A stretch of DNA of 64,000 bases from Chitinophagaceae bacterium (GTDB taxonomy: Bacteria; Bacteroidota; Bacteroidia; Chitinophagales; Chitinophagaceae). Below, in pieces: positions 11,071 to 20,403 of the stretch. Numbering within the stretch: the first letter of the stretch is position 1; each line of letters begins with the position of its first letter. The stretch spans positions 23,661-87,660 of the forward strand of contig JAEUVB010000019.1 in assembly GCA_016786845.1 (NCBI GenBank), written 5' to 3'. Under the pieces are notes generated by a model, which worked only from the letters and a program-made list of their open reading frames with translations, was not told the DNA's origin and made no database searches. A program made the position numbers and the translations under genes.

Positions 11071-11373
11071 TTATGGGCGGAGGTCTCTCTTATTTTTCTT
11101 CTCAAAATTCTTTGCGACGGCATCTTCCAAATTAACTCCGCATTGATTGGCCAGTGCGGTTAATACCCACAGAATGTCTGCCATTTCATCGGCGAGATGT
11201 TCGTCCGTTTCGCCGGGTTTGGATCTTTGTTCGCCATATTTCCGAACGAGTATACGTGCGAGTTCACCGGTTTCTTCGGTGAGTATGCCTAAGTTGGTGA
11301 GGGGTTGGAAATATCCGGAAGGCGTCGCACGAATCCACTGATCGACATCGTCCTGCAATTTTTTTAAGGTCAT
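11071..11373 (-). CDS. MazG-like nucleotide pyrophosphohydrolase domain protein
   Basis: 100 aa. EETGELARI ... EMADILWVL helix pairs typical of small MazG-family proteins. Confidence 0.7.
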   Translation of the reverse strand: MTLKKLQDDVDQWIRATPSGYFQPLTNLGILTEETGELARILVRKYGEQRSKPGETDEHLADEMADILWVLTALANQCGVNLEDAVAKNFEKKNKRDLRP

Positions 11374-11744
11374 ACATTCAAGGTTTTTGTTTTCATGATA
11401 TAGGCGATGCCATTGGCACGATCCTTCATTTTTTGAGCCAATATTCCTTCATGATATTGGTCAACAGTTTCGAAAAAATAATGTAACCAGATTTTAAAAT
11501 GTTCGGCGGTCAAAGGCGATTGTTGATGCAAATGGGTATGCAGGGTCATTACATTTTTTGCGTAATCATTTTTATCGAATATAATACTTTCCCAAAAGTC
11601 ACACAGCCGGGGCAGGTGAGTGGATAAATCGATTTTGGCTATTTCGGTAAACAAATAAGCAATGCGTTCGTCGGCCAATAATTTTTCATAAAATATCCGG
11701 ATTACCTGCTCAATATCGGCTCGGGTTTCAATATCTTTTCTCAT
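11370..11744 (-). CDS. group III truncated haemoglobin-like protein
   Basis: 124 aa. The all-helical sequence resembles the group III truncated globin family. It overlaps the downstream gene by 4 nt. Confidence 0.55.
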   Translation of the reverse strand: MRKDIETRADIEQVIRIFYEKLLADERIAYLFTEIAKIDLSTHLPRLCDFWESIIFDKNDYAKNVMTLHTHLHQQSPLTAEHFKIWLHYFFETVDQYHEGILAQKMKDRANGIAYIMKTKTLNV

Positions 11745-11747
11745 CGC

Positions 11748-12200
11748 TTATATTCTATTTTTTGAATCTATGATAATGGTTACAGGGCCGTCGTTGATTA
11801 ATTCTACCTGCATGTCGGCACCAAAAATACCTGTTGAAATAGGTTGGCCAAGATCTTTTTCCAATTGACGGACCATGGACTCATACAGCGGAATGGCTTG
11901 TTCGGGCCGTGCGGCTTGGATGAAGGAAGGGCGATTGCCTTTTTTGGTTGAAGCATGCAAGGTAAATTGACTAACCAATAAAAGACTTCCATTCACATCT
12001 TTCAAACTCAGATTCATGAGGCCTTGTTCATCATTGAAAATCCTCATTTGAGAAATTTTACCGCTCAGCCATTCGATGTCTTCCAGCGTGTCGGTATTTT
12101 CAATACCCAGTAATACCATAAAACCACGGGGTATGGATGCGTGTATAAGTCCTTCAATGCTGACCGATGCGCTGCTGACGCGTTGTATGACTGCTCTCAT
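11748..12200 (-). CDS. dtd: D-aminoacyl-tRNA deacylase
   Basis: 150 aa. MRAVIQRVSSASV... start and SQFTL, NDGPVT motifs of Dtd. Confidence 0.93.
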   Translation of the reverse strand: MRAVIQRVSSASVSIEGLIHASIPRGFMVLLGIENTDTLEDIEWLSGKISQMRIFNDEQGLMNLSLKDVNGSLLLVSQFTLHASTKKGNRPSFIQAARPEQAIPLYESMVRQLEKDLGQPISTGIFGADMQVELINDGPVTIIIDSKNRI

Positions 12201-12225
12201 GGTATTACCTTATATTTGCCCGATC

Positions 12226-12645
12226 GTGCAAAGTAACAATATAAAACCGAACATCGATGTGTCGCAGGAAGTGGAGATCAGAACCTCAAGAAGCGGTGGC
12301 AAAGGCGGACAAAATGTAAACAAGGTAGAGACTCGTGTAGAGGTTCGATTTGATATCATGGCATCCGCACTGCTAACGGAAGTTGAAAAACAATTGCTGC
12401 TTCAAAAACTCTCGGGGCGCATGTCGAAAGACGGTATACTTTCTGTGAATAGCAGTGAGAGTCGCACCCAACTGGACAATAAGCATAGAGCGATACAAAA
12501 GATGAATGCTTTGATTCAACAAGCACTCATGATTCAAAAGCCTCGTAAAAAGACCAGGGTGCCGAAGGGCGTCAATGAGAAACGAATCGATCAAAAGAAA
12601 CGCCATAGTCAGATCAAGAGTCTGCGTAAAAAATTTGAATTTTAG
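12226..12645 (+). CDS. arfB: alternative ribosome-rescue factor ArfB (GGQ peptidyl-tRNA hydrolase)
   Basis: RSGGKGGQNVNKVET GGQ motif and a basic C-terminal tail. The start is uncertain: a GTG at 12226 or an ATG at 12199. The long ORF from 12076 overlaps dtd and is unlikely. Confidence 0.8.
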   Translation: MQSNNIKPNIDVSQEVEIRTSRSGGKGGQNVNKVETRVEVRFDIMASALLTEVEKQLLLQKLSGRMSKDGILSVNSSESRTQLDNKHRAIQKMNALIQQALMIQKPRKKTRVPKGVNEKRIDQKKRHSQIKSLRKKFEF

Positions 12646-12648
12646 CCT

Positions 12649-13491
12649 ATGATTTTTAGTATCCTGATTCCCAGTTGGAACAATCTGGCTTATCTTCAAT
12701 TGTGTATCCGAAGTATTCGTGAGCATTCAGCGTTCAACCATCAGATTATCGTACATGTGAATGAAGGGAGTGACGGCACTGCAGCATGGCTGACTGAACA
12801 ACAGATTCCTTACACCTTCACCGAAAAGAATGAAGGTATTTGTGTAGCGATGAATGAGGCATATCGTTTGTCTACCTCAGATTATATCGTCTACATGAAT
12901 GATGATATGTATGTATTGCCGGGTTGGGATACGCATTTGGCAACAGACATCGAATCCCTGAACACGCATTTATTTATGTTGTCGTCTACCATGATAGAGC
13001 CGAGGGATACCGGCAATCCATGTGTCATCGTACGTGATTTTGGCGACAGTCTGGAACGATTCAATGAAGAAAGCTTGCTCGCATCATTTAGTTCTTTTCA
13101 GCACCACGATTGGAGCGGCAGTTGCTGGCCTCCGAATATCATACATCGTACCATGTGGGAAGAAATTGGCGGGTATAATTTATACTTCTCACCCGGCATG
13201 AGCAGTGATGACGATCTGGCGATGAGACTTTGGCAAAAAGGTTGCAGAATTTACAAGGGTGTATCGGCGTCGCGTGTTTATCATTTTCAGTGTAAGAGCA
13301 CAGGGCGAATAGAAAAGAATAATGGGCGTAAGCAGTTTCAGCAATTATACGGCATGTCTCAAAGAATATTTAGACGCTATTTTCTGCACACCGGCGAACC
13401 ATATTCAGGAGGATTAAAAGGGCCTGGGTTGAACTTGAACTATTATGGCAATCGGTTGCGGGTATGGTTGAGTAATCGCTTCATGAATTAG
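12649..13491 (+). CDS. glycosyltransferase family 2
   Basis: FSILIPSWNN start and a DDD-type motif (MNDDMYV) typical of the GT-A fold in GT2. Confidence 0.75.
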   Translation: MIFSILIPSWNNLAYLQLCIRSIREHSAFNHQIIVHVNEGSDGTAAWLTEQQIPYTFTEKNEGICVAMNEAYRLSTSDYIVYMNDDMYVLPGWDTHLATDIESLNTHLFMLSSTMIEPRDTGNPCVIVRDFGDSLERFNEESLLASFSSFQHHDWSGSCWPPNIIHRTMWEEIGGYNLYFSPGMSSDDDLAMRLWQKGCRIYKGVSASRVYHFQCKSTGRIEKNNGRKQFQQLYGMSQRIFRRYFLHTGEPYSGGLKGPGLNLNYYGNRLRVWLSNRFMN

Positions 13492-13680
13492 CATGGAAGA
13501 TCGCTGATTGATCTTGTACCATCAATTATAGGGGAACGAACTCGCGGTCTCGTTATTTTAATAACGAGATAACGGAAAACCCGAATCCGCCGCAGCGGAG
13601 AGGACTTGGAGTGGAAAGCGTGTCCGTCCGCCCATATTTCATGGAATGAATAGAATCGTCAGATGCGAAGCACAGAGATT

Positions 13681-13788
13681 TTATCGTTTCGCTTTTTTCT
13701 CTCTTTTCTCTGCCTTTTTTTCTTTAGGCGTTTTCTTAGGTTCTTTCTTGGTGTTTTTTTGAGCGTCTTGACTCTTTGCCATGATCAT
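13681..13788 (-). CDS. possible small lysine-rich protein (35 aa)
   Basis: ATG..TAA ORF below the ORF-track cutoff, reading MIMAKSQDAQKNTKKEPKKTPKEKKAEKREKKAKR. Supported only by its open frame and biased composition. Confidence 0.25.
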   Translation of the reverse strand: MIMAKSQDAQKNTKKEPKKTPKEKKAEKREKKAKR

Positions 13789-13858
13789 CGTTTTTAAGAG
13801 AGTAAATTGAAATAAATGCTGTCGAAAGTAAAGGTAAGTAATATTATTTGTCTTGTTA

Positions 13859-14725
13859 TTAACCCTTCCGTATCATGCCCCAGGTATGTAATCCGACGCT
13901 GAGCGCTATGAGTCCGATCCCGAAGAAAAATCCTGCACCAACTTCTTTATTTTCATGAAAGATGAGAAAGGCAAGGATGATACCATATACAGGCTCCAGA
14001 TTGACCATGAGGACTGTGGTAAAGGAAGACAGTTTTTTCAAGGCACTGAGGGCGAGGGATTGTCCCCATACTGTGCAGCACAGACTGAGGACGAGCAGCC
14101 AAACCCAGTCCATACGGGAGGGGCTGAAAGAAGTCTCCGGAAAGTAATGAAGATAGATAGGTAAAAGAGCGGTAAGGAATAAAAAGCCCGATCCGATTTC
14201 ATAGAATGCAACCATGCGGGAAGGGTAATGATTGACGATTTTCTTGTTCATGATGGTGAAAACCGAACTCAGCACAGATGCCAATATACCCATTCCGATA
14301 CCGGTAGCATATCCAATTTCGAATTTATAAATGCAATACATGCCGATGAGGGCGACGAACCCGACGAGCAATTCCCGGTAATTGAATTTGACTTTGAGCA
14401 CTATGGGTTCGAGGAGGGCAGTAAAAATGCCCGCTGTGGCTAGGCAAGTGAGGGCGATCGAAGCATTCGCATATTTAATGGAGCCATAAAACGCCACCCA
14501 ATGAATGGCGATAATACTTCCGATACCCATAAATCGCAGGATTTCACGGAAGCTGATTCGTCGGAATTCCTTCCGATAAAACAGAATCACGCTGAAAATA
14601 ATGGCGGTAATAAGGGTTCGGTACCAAACCAGAGGGTATTCCGGAAGCTCAATAGCCCGTCCTAAAACGCCTGTCCATCCCCATAGAAAGACCGCGATAT
14701 GCATTTTTATCAGGGCGTTTTTCAT
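13859..14725 (-). CDS. EamA/DMT family transporter
   Basis: Ten hydrophobic segments forming two EamA-like halves. The internal ATG at 14725 (MKNALIKMHIAVFLWG) is preferred over 14767. Confidence 0.75.
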   Translation of the reverse strand: MKNALIKMHIAVFLWGWTGVLGRAIELPEYPLVWYRTLITAIIFSVILFYRKEFRRISFREILRFMGIGSIIAIHWVAFYGSIKYANASIALTCLATAGIFTALLEPIVLKVKFNYRELLVGFVALIGMYCIYKFEIGYATGIGMGILASVLSSVFTIMNKKIVNHYPSRMVAFYEIGSGFLFLTALLPIYLHYFPETSFSPSRMDWVWLLVLSLCCTVWGQSLALSALKKLSSFTTVLMVNLEPVYGIILAFLIFHENKEVGAGFFFGIGLIALSVGLHTWGMIRKG

Positions 14726-14814
14726 AATTTTGCACAAAATAGAAGAAAAAGCCATTTTAATTGTCATTTTTTCAATTATACGATTACCTTTGCACTCCTT
14801 AAAAAACTGTCAAG

Positions 14815-15015
14815 ATGCCAAAAATGAAAACACACTCCCGTGCCAAGAAAACCTTCAAAGTGACGGGTAGTGGAAAAGTAAAACGCTTCAAAGCTTTCAA
14901 AAGCCATCTGTTGACCAAAAAAGCAACTTCCCGCAAGCGTCATCTGCGTGGCAGTACTTTGGTCAATAAAACCAATTCCCGCATGGTGAACCGCCTGCTT
15001 TGCATTGGAGGTTAA
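14815..15015 (+). CDS. rpmI: 50S ribosomal protein L35
   Basis: [24 protein letters not shown]... is the canonical L35 N-terminus. Confidence 0.95.
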   Translation: MPKMKTHSRAKKTFKVTGSGKVKRFKAFKSHLLTKKATSRKRHLRGSTLVNKTNSRMVNRLLCIGG

Positions 15016-15055
15016 TTTAGTAAACACAAACATAAACACAATTAAAAAGTAAGAT

Positions 15056-15400
15056 ATGCCACGTTCAAAAAACGCCGTTGCCAGCAGAGCCAGAAAAAAG
15101 AAGATTTTAAATCAGGCTAAAGGCTATTATGGTAAGCGTAAAAATGTATTTACCGTTGCCAAAAACGTAGTAGAAAAAGGGATGACCTACAAATTTGTAG
15201 GCCGTAAACTGAAAAAGCGTGACTACCGCACCTTATGGATTGCCCGTATCAATGCGGCAGTTCGTGCCGAAGGAATGAACTACTCTACCTTCATCAACAA
15301 ATTATCGAAAGCGAATATCACCCTCAATCGTAAGGTTTTGGCGGATATGGCGATGAACGAACCGGAAACATTCAAATGTATCTTGGCTCAAGTAAGATAA
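15056..15400 (+). CDS. rplT: 50S ribosomal protein L20
   Basis: 114 aa. [18 protein letters not shown].. and [14 protein letters not shown] motifs. Confidence 0.96.
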   Translation: MPRSKNAVASRARKKKILNQAKGYYGKRKNVFTVAKNVVEKGMTYKFVGRKLKKRDYRTLWIARINAAVRAEGMNYSTFINKLSKANITLNRKVLADMAMNEPETFKCILAQVR

Positions 15401-15423
15401 TAATCAACCCATTATTTCAGGAA

Positions 15424-15449
15424 AGGTGCACGAAAGTGCGCCTTTTTTT
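15424..15449 (+). terminator. Rho-independent terminator after rplT
   Basis: AGGTGCAC-GAAA-GTGCGCCT forms an 8-bp stem (one G:U) with a GAAA loop, followed by a T7 run. Confidence 0.7.
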
Positions 15450-15493
15450 GTGCTATCAAGATAAAAATGCTAGCTGAAAGGGATGGGAAAGCA

Positions 15494-16321
15494 CTATGCG
15501 AAATAAATTTTCGACGATCCGGGCCACTGCATCAGGTTTAATTTTATCTGAACCTCTTCCCGGTCCTTTTCTTTAAACAGGCCATATAGGGTACTTCCAC
15601 TGCCACTCATGGCGCTGTAAACGGCCCCTGCATCATACAGAGATTGTTTGATATGCGACAATGCCGGATAGGCATTGAAAACAGGTGCTTCGAAATCATT
15701 TTTCACACATACTTTCCAATCCTCAACCGGTGCTTGGATTAATTCGGACAAAGATGTCGATGGTTTGGCCGGGATGATCTGTGAAAAGGCCCATGCTGTG
15801 GATACAGCAAATTCGGGTTTGATCAGGACAAAAAAGTAAGTGGACAGATCCAGCTTGAGCGGATGAAGTATTTCACCCCGTCCTTCGGCAAAGCAGGGTT
15901 GATTGAGTATAAAGAAGGGGCAATCGCTGCCTAACTGTAATGCATAGTCTATCAATTTGTCCTGTGTCAAGCCTAAACCGAATGCATCATTCAGCATCAT
16001 TAAAAGGTGTGAGGCATCGGATGAACCGCCGCCCAATCCGGCTCCTGTAGGGATATGCTTCAATAAATGAATTTGCAAGGCGGGGATTTGGCTAAAATCT
16101 TGTTGAAGTAATCGATAGGCCTTCATCACAAGGTTGTCTTCGGGCAATCCCGGAACAAGCGTGCCGGATACTTCTAATCGCAGCTCAGAGGCAGCCTGAA
16201 ATTCTAAGGCGTCATGCAAGTTCAGGGGATAAAAAATCGTTTCCAGATTGTGATAAGCATCCGGACGTTTTTCCAATATATTCAGTCCAAGATTGATTTT
16301 GGCATTTGGGAAACGGATCAT
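15494..16321 (-). CDS. ispE: 4-(cytidine 5'-diphospho)-2-C-methyl-D-erythritol kinase
   Basis: NAKINLGLNI start motif and GHMP-kinase PTGAGLGGGSSDA loop. Confidence 0.92.
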   Translation of the reverse strand: MIRFPNAKINLGLNILEKRPDAYHNLETIFYPLNLHDALEFQAASELRLEVSGTLVPGLPEDNLVMKAYRLLQQDFSQIPALQIHLLKHIPTGAGLGGGSSDASHLLMMLNDAFGLGLTQDKLIDYALQLGSDCPFFILNQPCFAEGRGEILHPLKLDLSTYFFVLIKPEFAVSTAWAFSQIIPAKPSTSLSELIQAPVEDWKVCVKNDFEAPVFNAYPALSHIKQSLYDAGAVYSAMSGSGSTLYGLFKEKDREEVQIKLNLMQWPGSSKIYFA

Positions 16322-16336
16322 GGGGTAAATCTAAAA

Positions 16337-16366
16337 CAAAAAAAATACCCTCCGTTCAGGGAGGGC
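16337..16366 (-). terminator. Rho-independent terminator after hpf
   Basis: On the minus strand, CCCTCC-ctgaac-GGAGGG is followed by a T-rich run (tattttttttg). Confidence 0.65.
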
Positions 16367-16379
16367 ATTTTTAATCTGG

Positions 16380-16685
16380 TTAATGGGTTTCAATTTGTTT
16401 TTCTTTGAAACTTTTGATTTGGTCTATCAGAGATTTGAGGGCGAGATCAAAAGATTCTTCAAAATGTTTGGATTCATGTTTGACAAAGAATGTGTGTTTG
16501 GGTACATGCACTTTGATTTCAGCGATTTTGTCTTTAATGTGGTGTACTACATTATCGACTTTTAAAAAGACCTCAATGTCTACAATCCTATCGTGATATG
16601 TTTTTAGTTTTTCTACTTTTTCATTGACATGTTCGATCAGTTTCTTGTCAGCCTCGAAACGCTGTGTGCGAATTTGTACGTTCAT
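16380..16685 (-). CDS. hpf: ribosome hibernation promoting factor (RaiA/HPF family)
   Basis: 101 aa. MNVQIRTQRFEADKKLIEHVNEKVEKL.. shows the typical short-HPF layout. Confidence 0.88.
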   Translation of the reverse strand: MNVQIRTQRFEADKKLIEHVNEKVEKLKTYHDRIVDIEVFLKVDNVVHHIKDKIAEIKVHVPKHTFFVKHESKHFEESFDLALKSLIDQIKSFKEKQIETH

Positions 16686-16819
16686 AGTTCGTTTTTTTTA
16701 TCAGTTACTAAATATATTAAAGAGCTAACATGAAGGTACAATTACCGTACCGATAAACAAATAAATTGATGTTTTTTTTTGGTTAGAGCCTGTTTTTTTA
16801 TTTTACTTTTAACGCTGCG

Positions 16820-18343
16820 ATGAAACAAGGAGAAGAGAATCAATCAGATGTCATTTGTATCGGTGGCGGGCTTGGAAGCCTGGTGGCAGCCGCATTATTG
16901 GCGAAGGAAGGTTTGAGGGTTATCGTACTCGAAAAGAACAAGCAAATTGGCGGTGCTCTTCAGTCCTTTGGATTTATGAAACAGCGTTTTGAAACGGCTG
17001 TTCATTACATCGGGAGTTTGGCGCCGGGGCAAACCTTGCATCAATTGTACCATTATCTGGGGATACTGGATCAATTATCGCTCAAAAAGATGGACGAAAG
17101 TTGTTTTGACCGTCTGGTTATCGCCGGCGAAACCTACCGTATGGCCCAGGGGTATAAGGCTTTTATCGATGAGCTCTGTCTGTCCTTTCCGGACGAAAGA
17201 CAGAATCTGGAAAGATTTATCGATGAAATAAAATATGTATGTGAGCATTTTCCGCTGTACAATATGCGTTTAGGCGATGGCGGATCTAAAATGAAAGTTT
17301 CGTATGACGGACTCAGGCAAAAGTTGGATGAAATAACCAACAATGAAAAATTGAAACAAGTGCTTACTGCGACCAATATGCTTTATGCCGGTGATTACGA
17401 AGACACTCCGTTTTACCTCTATGCCCTCATTACAAATTCTTATATCGAAAGCAGTTGGAAATTCGGTGAAGGGAGCGCACGTTTGGCCAAGGCCTTGCAG
17501 GAGGTGATAGAACATGCCGGTGGCGGGGTGCTTAGAAATCAGGAAGTCGTTCGAATCAAAGAAGAGAACGGCATGATTCATTTTGCAGAGACGAAAACCG
17601 GAGAACAATTTAGAGCGAAACATTTCATTTCAGGTATACATCCTCAATATACTTATGCCATGTTGGAGAGCCAAATGGTCAGGCCGGTTACCCGCAGACG
17701 AATTGAAGCAACGCCCAATACGATTTCGTCATTCATGGTTAATCTTGTGTTGATGCCGGAAACCATTCCGTATACAAATCAAAATCTGTATTATCATGAG
17801 CGCGAAGATGTTTGGTATGATTATAAAAATCCTCAGTCCGAATTCGACCCATCCTCCATCGCTGCTTTTTTTTATGAAGACAAAATGAATCCGGGATATG
17901 CATCCGCTGTTTCTCTGCTGAGTGTGATGGATATTTCACACATGGGGAAATGGGCTTCAACCTTGAGGACGACCAGTTATCCGCAAAGCAGGGGAGAAGG
18001 TTATCAGGAAGAAAAAGAATTGCTGGCAGGGCGTATGATTGATAAGATGGATTCAGTCATTCCCGGATTGAAGGATTCTATACGGGGCATGGATTGTTGT
18101 TCTCCTTTATCTTACAGAGATTATCTCAATACCCCGGACGGATCTTTATATGGATTTCGAAAAAATGTCAATGATCAAGCGAATACGACCTATGCCACCC
18201 ACACCAAAATTCCCAATCTCTTCCTGACGGGTCAAAATATTAATATGCATGGTATTTTAGGTGTTTCAATTACGGCCATCTTAACGGCGGCTGAATTGTG
18301 CGGACTCGAAAATCTGGTAAACAAAATCAGGGCAGCATCTTAG
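16820..18343 (+). CDS. NAD(P)/FAD-dependent oxidoreductase (phytoene desaturase-like)
   Basis: N-terminal Rossmann motif VICIGGGLGSLVAAALLAKEG..VLEKN..GG. Length of about 500 aa is typical of the CrtI-like family. Confidence 0.75.
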   Translation: MKQGEENQSDVICIGGGLGSLVAAALLAKEGLRVIVLEKNKQIGGALQSFGFMKQRFETAVHYIGSLAPGQTLHQLYHYLGILDQLSLKKMDESCFDRLVIAGETYRMAQGYKAFIDELCLSFPDERQNLERFIDEIKYVCEHFPLYNMRLGDGGSKMKVSYDGLRQKLDEITNNEKLKQVLTATNMLYAGDYEDTPFYLYALITNSYIESSWKFGEGSARLAKALQEVIEHAGGGVLRNQEVVRIKEENGMIHFAETKTGEQFRAKHFISGIHPQYTYAMLESQMVRPVTRRRIEATPNTISSFMVNLVLMPETIPYTNQNLYYHEREDVWYDYKNPQSEFDPSSIAAFFYEDKMNPGYASAVSLLSVMDISHMGKWASTLRTTSYPQSRGEGYQEEKELLAGRMIDKMDSVIPGLKDSIRGMDCCSPLSYRDYLNTPDGSLYGFRKNVNDQANTTYATHTKIPNLFLTGQNINMHGILGVSITAILTAAELCGLENLVNKIRAAS

Positions 18344-18364
18344 AAAAAAGTATCTTTACGCTTC

Positions 18365-20023
18365 TTGAAAATCCTTCAAAAAATAGCCCGTATTCTGCTG
18401 AAGACCATCCTGGTCGTGACGCTTATTGTATTGATCTTCGGGGTCTATGTGTATCATGTAAGTGACATCAAACCACCGCGTATTTCCGATACTTCAGCCT
18501 TGCTGCGCCAAAGAATATCAACCGATACCAATGCCTACCAAGTCGGGAAAAACTGGTTGCAAAAGAATCCTTACGGCTTGTATGAAATGTATCTGGAAGG
18601 TGCTCCATTCGAAAGGGGGGTGGTTTATGGTAAATTGGCACAGGAATTAATTGTCGATCAGGAAATTGCCTTTACGCAAGAGATCAAACGAATGATTCCG
18701 TCTTCCCGTTATCTAAAATTTCTCAAATACATGGTGGGCTTCATGAACCGGAATTTAAGTGATTATGTGATTCAGGAATATCAGGAAGAAATTTACGGGA
18801 TCTCATTATCGGCTTCTCATGAATTTGACTGGATTGGCACTAATTATTCACGTCAATTAAATTATCATGCCGCTCATGATATTGGGCATGCCCTGGTGAA
18901 TATGATGTTGGTGGGATGTACCTCTTTCGCGACATGGAATCAATATTCCGCGGATTCGCAATTAATCATTGGCCGCAATTTCGATTTCTATGTCGGAGAT
19001 GAATTTGCGAAGAAAAAGATCATTGCATTCTATCGGCCGGATCGCGGTATTCCATTTATGTCGGTCACCTGGGGTGGATTTGCCGGAGTCGTGAGTGGGA
19101 TGAATTTGGAAGGGCTTACTGTAACCATCAATGCCAATAAATCTTCTATTCCTTTTGGAGCGGCTACACCGGTATCCTTGGTGGCCCGTGAGATCCTTCA
19201 GTATGCTTCAAACATTGATGAAGCGGTGGCCATTGCGACAAAAAGAAAAATGTTTGTCAGTGAAAGTTTCCTCATTGGGTCGGCAAAGGACCATCGTGCA
19301 GTCGTAATTGAAAAAACACCGGAAGATGTGGATGTATATCGTTCTGATATTGACCGCATTACTTGTGCCAATCATTATCAAGGGAAAAAATTGGCCAAAG
19401 AATCTCTCAATCTGGAACAAATGCAACAGTCGGCATCCAAATATCGTTTTGATCGATTGCAGGAATTGCTGAACGCTGCAGGTCCCAACACACCGGAAAA
19501 AACGGCAGCTATCTTACGTGACTACAAAGGAAAGAATAATGCGGATATCGGATTGACGAATGAAAAGGCACTCAATCAGTTTATTGCACATCATTCGATT
19601 ATTTTTGAACCTGAGAAAAGGTTGGTTTGGGTAAGCACTTCACCCTGGCAAGAGGGCGCATATATTTGTTATGATCTAAAGACCATCTTCTCCCATGCGA
19701 CCCATTCTATGCCGCTATATAATCCTTCCCTGACCATAGCACCCGATACCTTATTGCAAACGAAAACCTATCAACAATTACAAACCTATCTGTATCTTGA
19801 GCAACAACATATACATCGTAAACCCATTGTCCCCATGCAGATCGTACAGGCAAATCCTACTTATTATGATGCTTATCGGATCGCGGGGGATGTCTATATG
19901 GAAAGGCAACAAAAAGATAGTGCACTTCTTATGTATCAAAAGGCACTGAAATTTGAAATCGCCACACAAGGAGAACGTGAATCGATATTGGATAAAATTA
20001 AAACCTTGAGTCCTTCTTTATGA
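18365..20023 (+). CDS. C45-family (acyl-CoA:6-APA acyltransferase-like) Ntn hydrolase with N-terminal TM and C-terminal TPR-like tail
   Basis: TTG start at 18365, with no ATG before the TM helix. The VGCTSFATW nucleophile-Cys context resembles C45 peptidases. Confidence 0.55.
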   Translation: MKILQKIARILLKTILVVTLIVLIFGVYVYHVSDIKPPRISDTSALLRQRISTDTNAYQVGKNWLQKNPYGLYEMYLEGAPFERGVVYGKLAQELIVDQEIAFTQEIKRMIPSSRYLKFLKYMVGFMNRNLSDYVIQEYQEEIYGISLSASHEFDWIGTNYSRQLNYHAAHDIGHALVNMMLVGCTSFATWNQYSADSQLIIGRNFDFYVGDEFAKKKIIAFYRPDRGIPFMSVTWGGFAGVVSGMNLEGLTVTINANKSSIPFGAATPVSLVAREILQYASNIDEAVAIATKRKMFVSESFLIGSAKDHRAVVIEKTPEDVDVYRSDIDRITCANHYQGKKLAKESLNLEQMQQSASKYRFDRLQELLNAAGPNTPEKTAAILRDYKGKNNADIGLTNEKALNQFIAHHSIIFEPEKRLVWVSTSPWQEGAYICYDLKTIFSHATHSMPLYNPSLTIAPDTLLQTKTYQQLQTYLYLEQQHIHRKPIVPMQIVQANPTYYDAYRIAGDVYMERQQKDSALLMYQKALKFEIATQGERESILDKIKTLSPSL

Positions 20024-20394
20024 TCGCAGGCATTGGAACAGATATCGTCGAAATCGCTCGTATCGCAGAAAAATTGCAACGGTCGGAATATTTCAAAACC
20101 CATGTGTTTTCTGCAGAGGAAATTGGGTATTGCGAAAAGCAAAAAAATCCTGCCATGCATTTTGCCGCACGATGGGCCGTGAAAGAAGCCTACCTTAAAG
20201 CCTACGGATTGAAGTTTATAGGCAATCACCGACTTCCGGAAATTGAGACTTGCCATAATGAAGATGGTAAGCCCTTTATACAACTGGCCGGTAAAGCGTT
20301 GCAGGAATTCAAAGAAAAAAATTTTACGCATATTCACCTCAGTATATCACATACTGAACAACATGCGACTGCTTATGTCATCATCGAAAAATAA
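20020..20394 (+). CDS. acpS: holo-[acyl-carrier-protein] synthase
   Basis: MIAGIGTDIVEIARI.. start, FSAEE, and AARWAVKEA motifs. Overlaps the upstream stop by 4 nt (ATGA). Confidence 0.92.
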   Translation: MIAGIGTDIVEIARIAEKLQRSEYFKTHVFSAEEIGYCEKQKNPAMHFAARWAVKEAYLKAYGLKFIGNHRLPEIETCHNEDGKPFIQLAGKALQEFKEKNFTHIHLSISHTEQHATAYVIIEK

Positions 20395-20403
20395 CAACAA
20401 TTC

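Noticed and set aside
12198-12201. Overlapping divergent start codons of dtd (CAT at 12198-12200) and a possible arfB ATG (12199-12201)
   Set aside because: The arfB start is ambiguous. A GTG at 12226 gives a more typical length, so the palindromic CATG overlap may be coincidental. It is not strong enough to report as a regulatory feature.
12076-12225. N-terminal extensions of the longest ORFs (also 2169-2207, 4051-4089, 23560-23637, 24922-24963, 56540-56680, 57463-57489, 33838-33861)
   Set aside because: The extensions overlap neighbouring genes, or they precede obvious signal peptides or conserved N-termini. Internal ATG or GTG starts give family-typical lengths.
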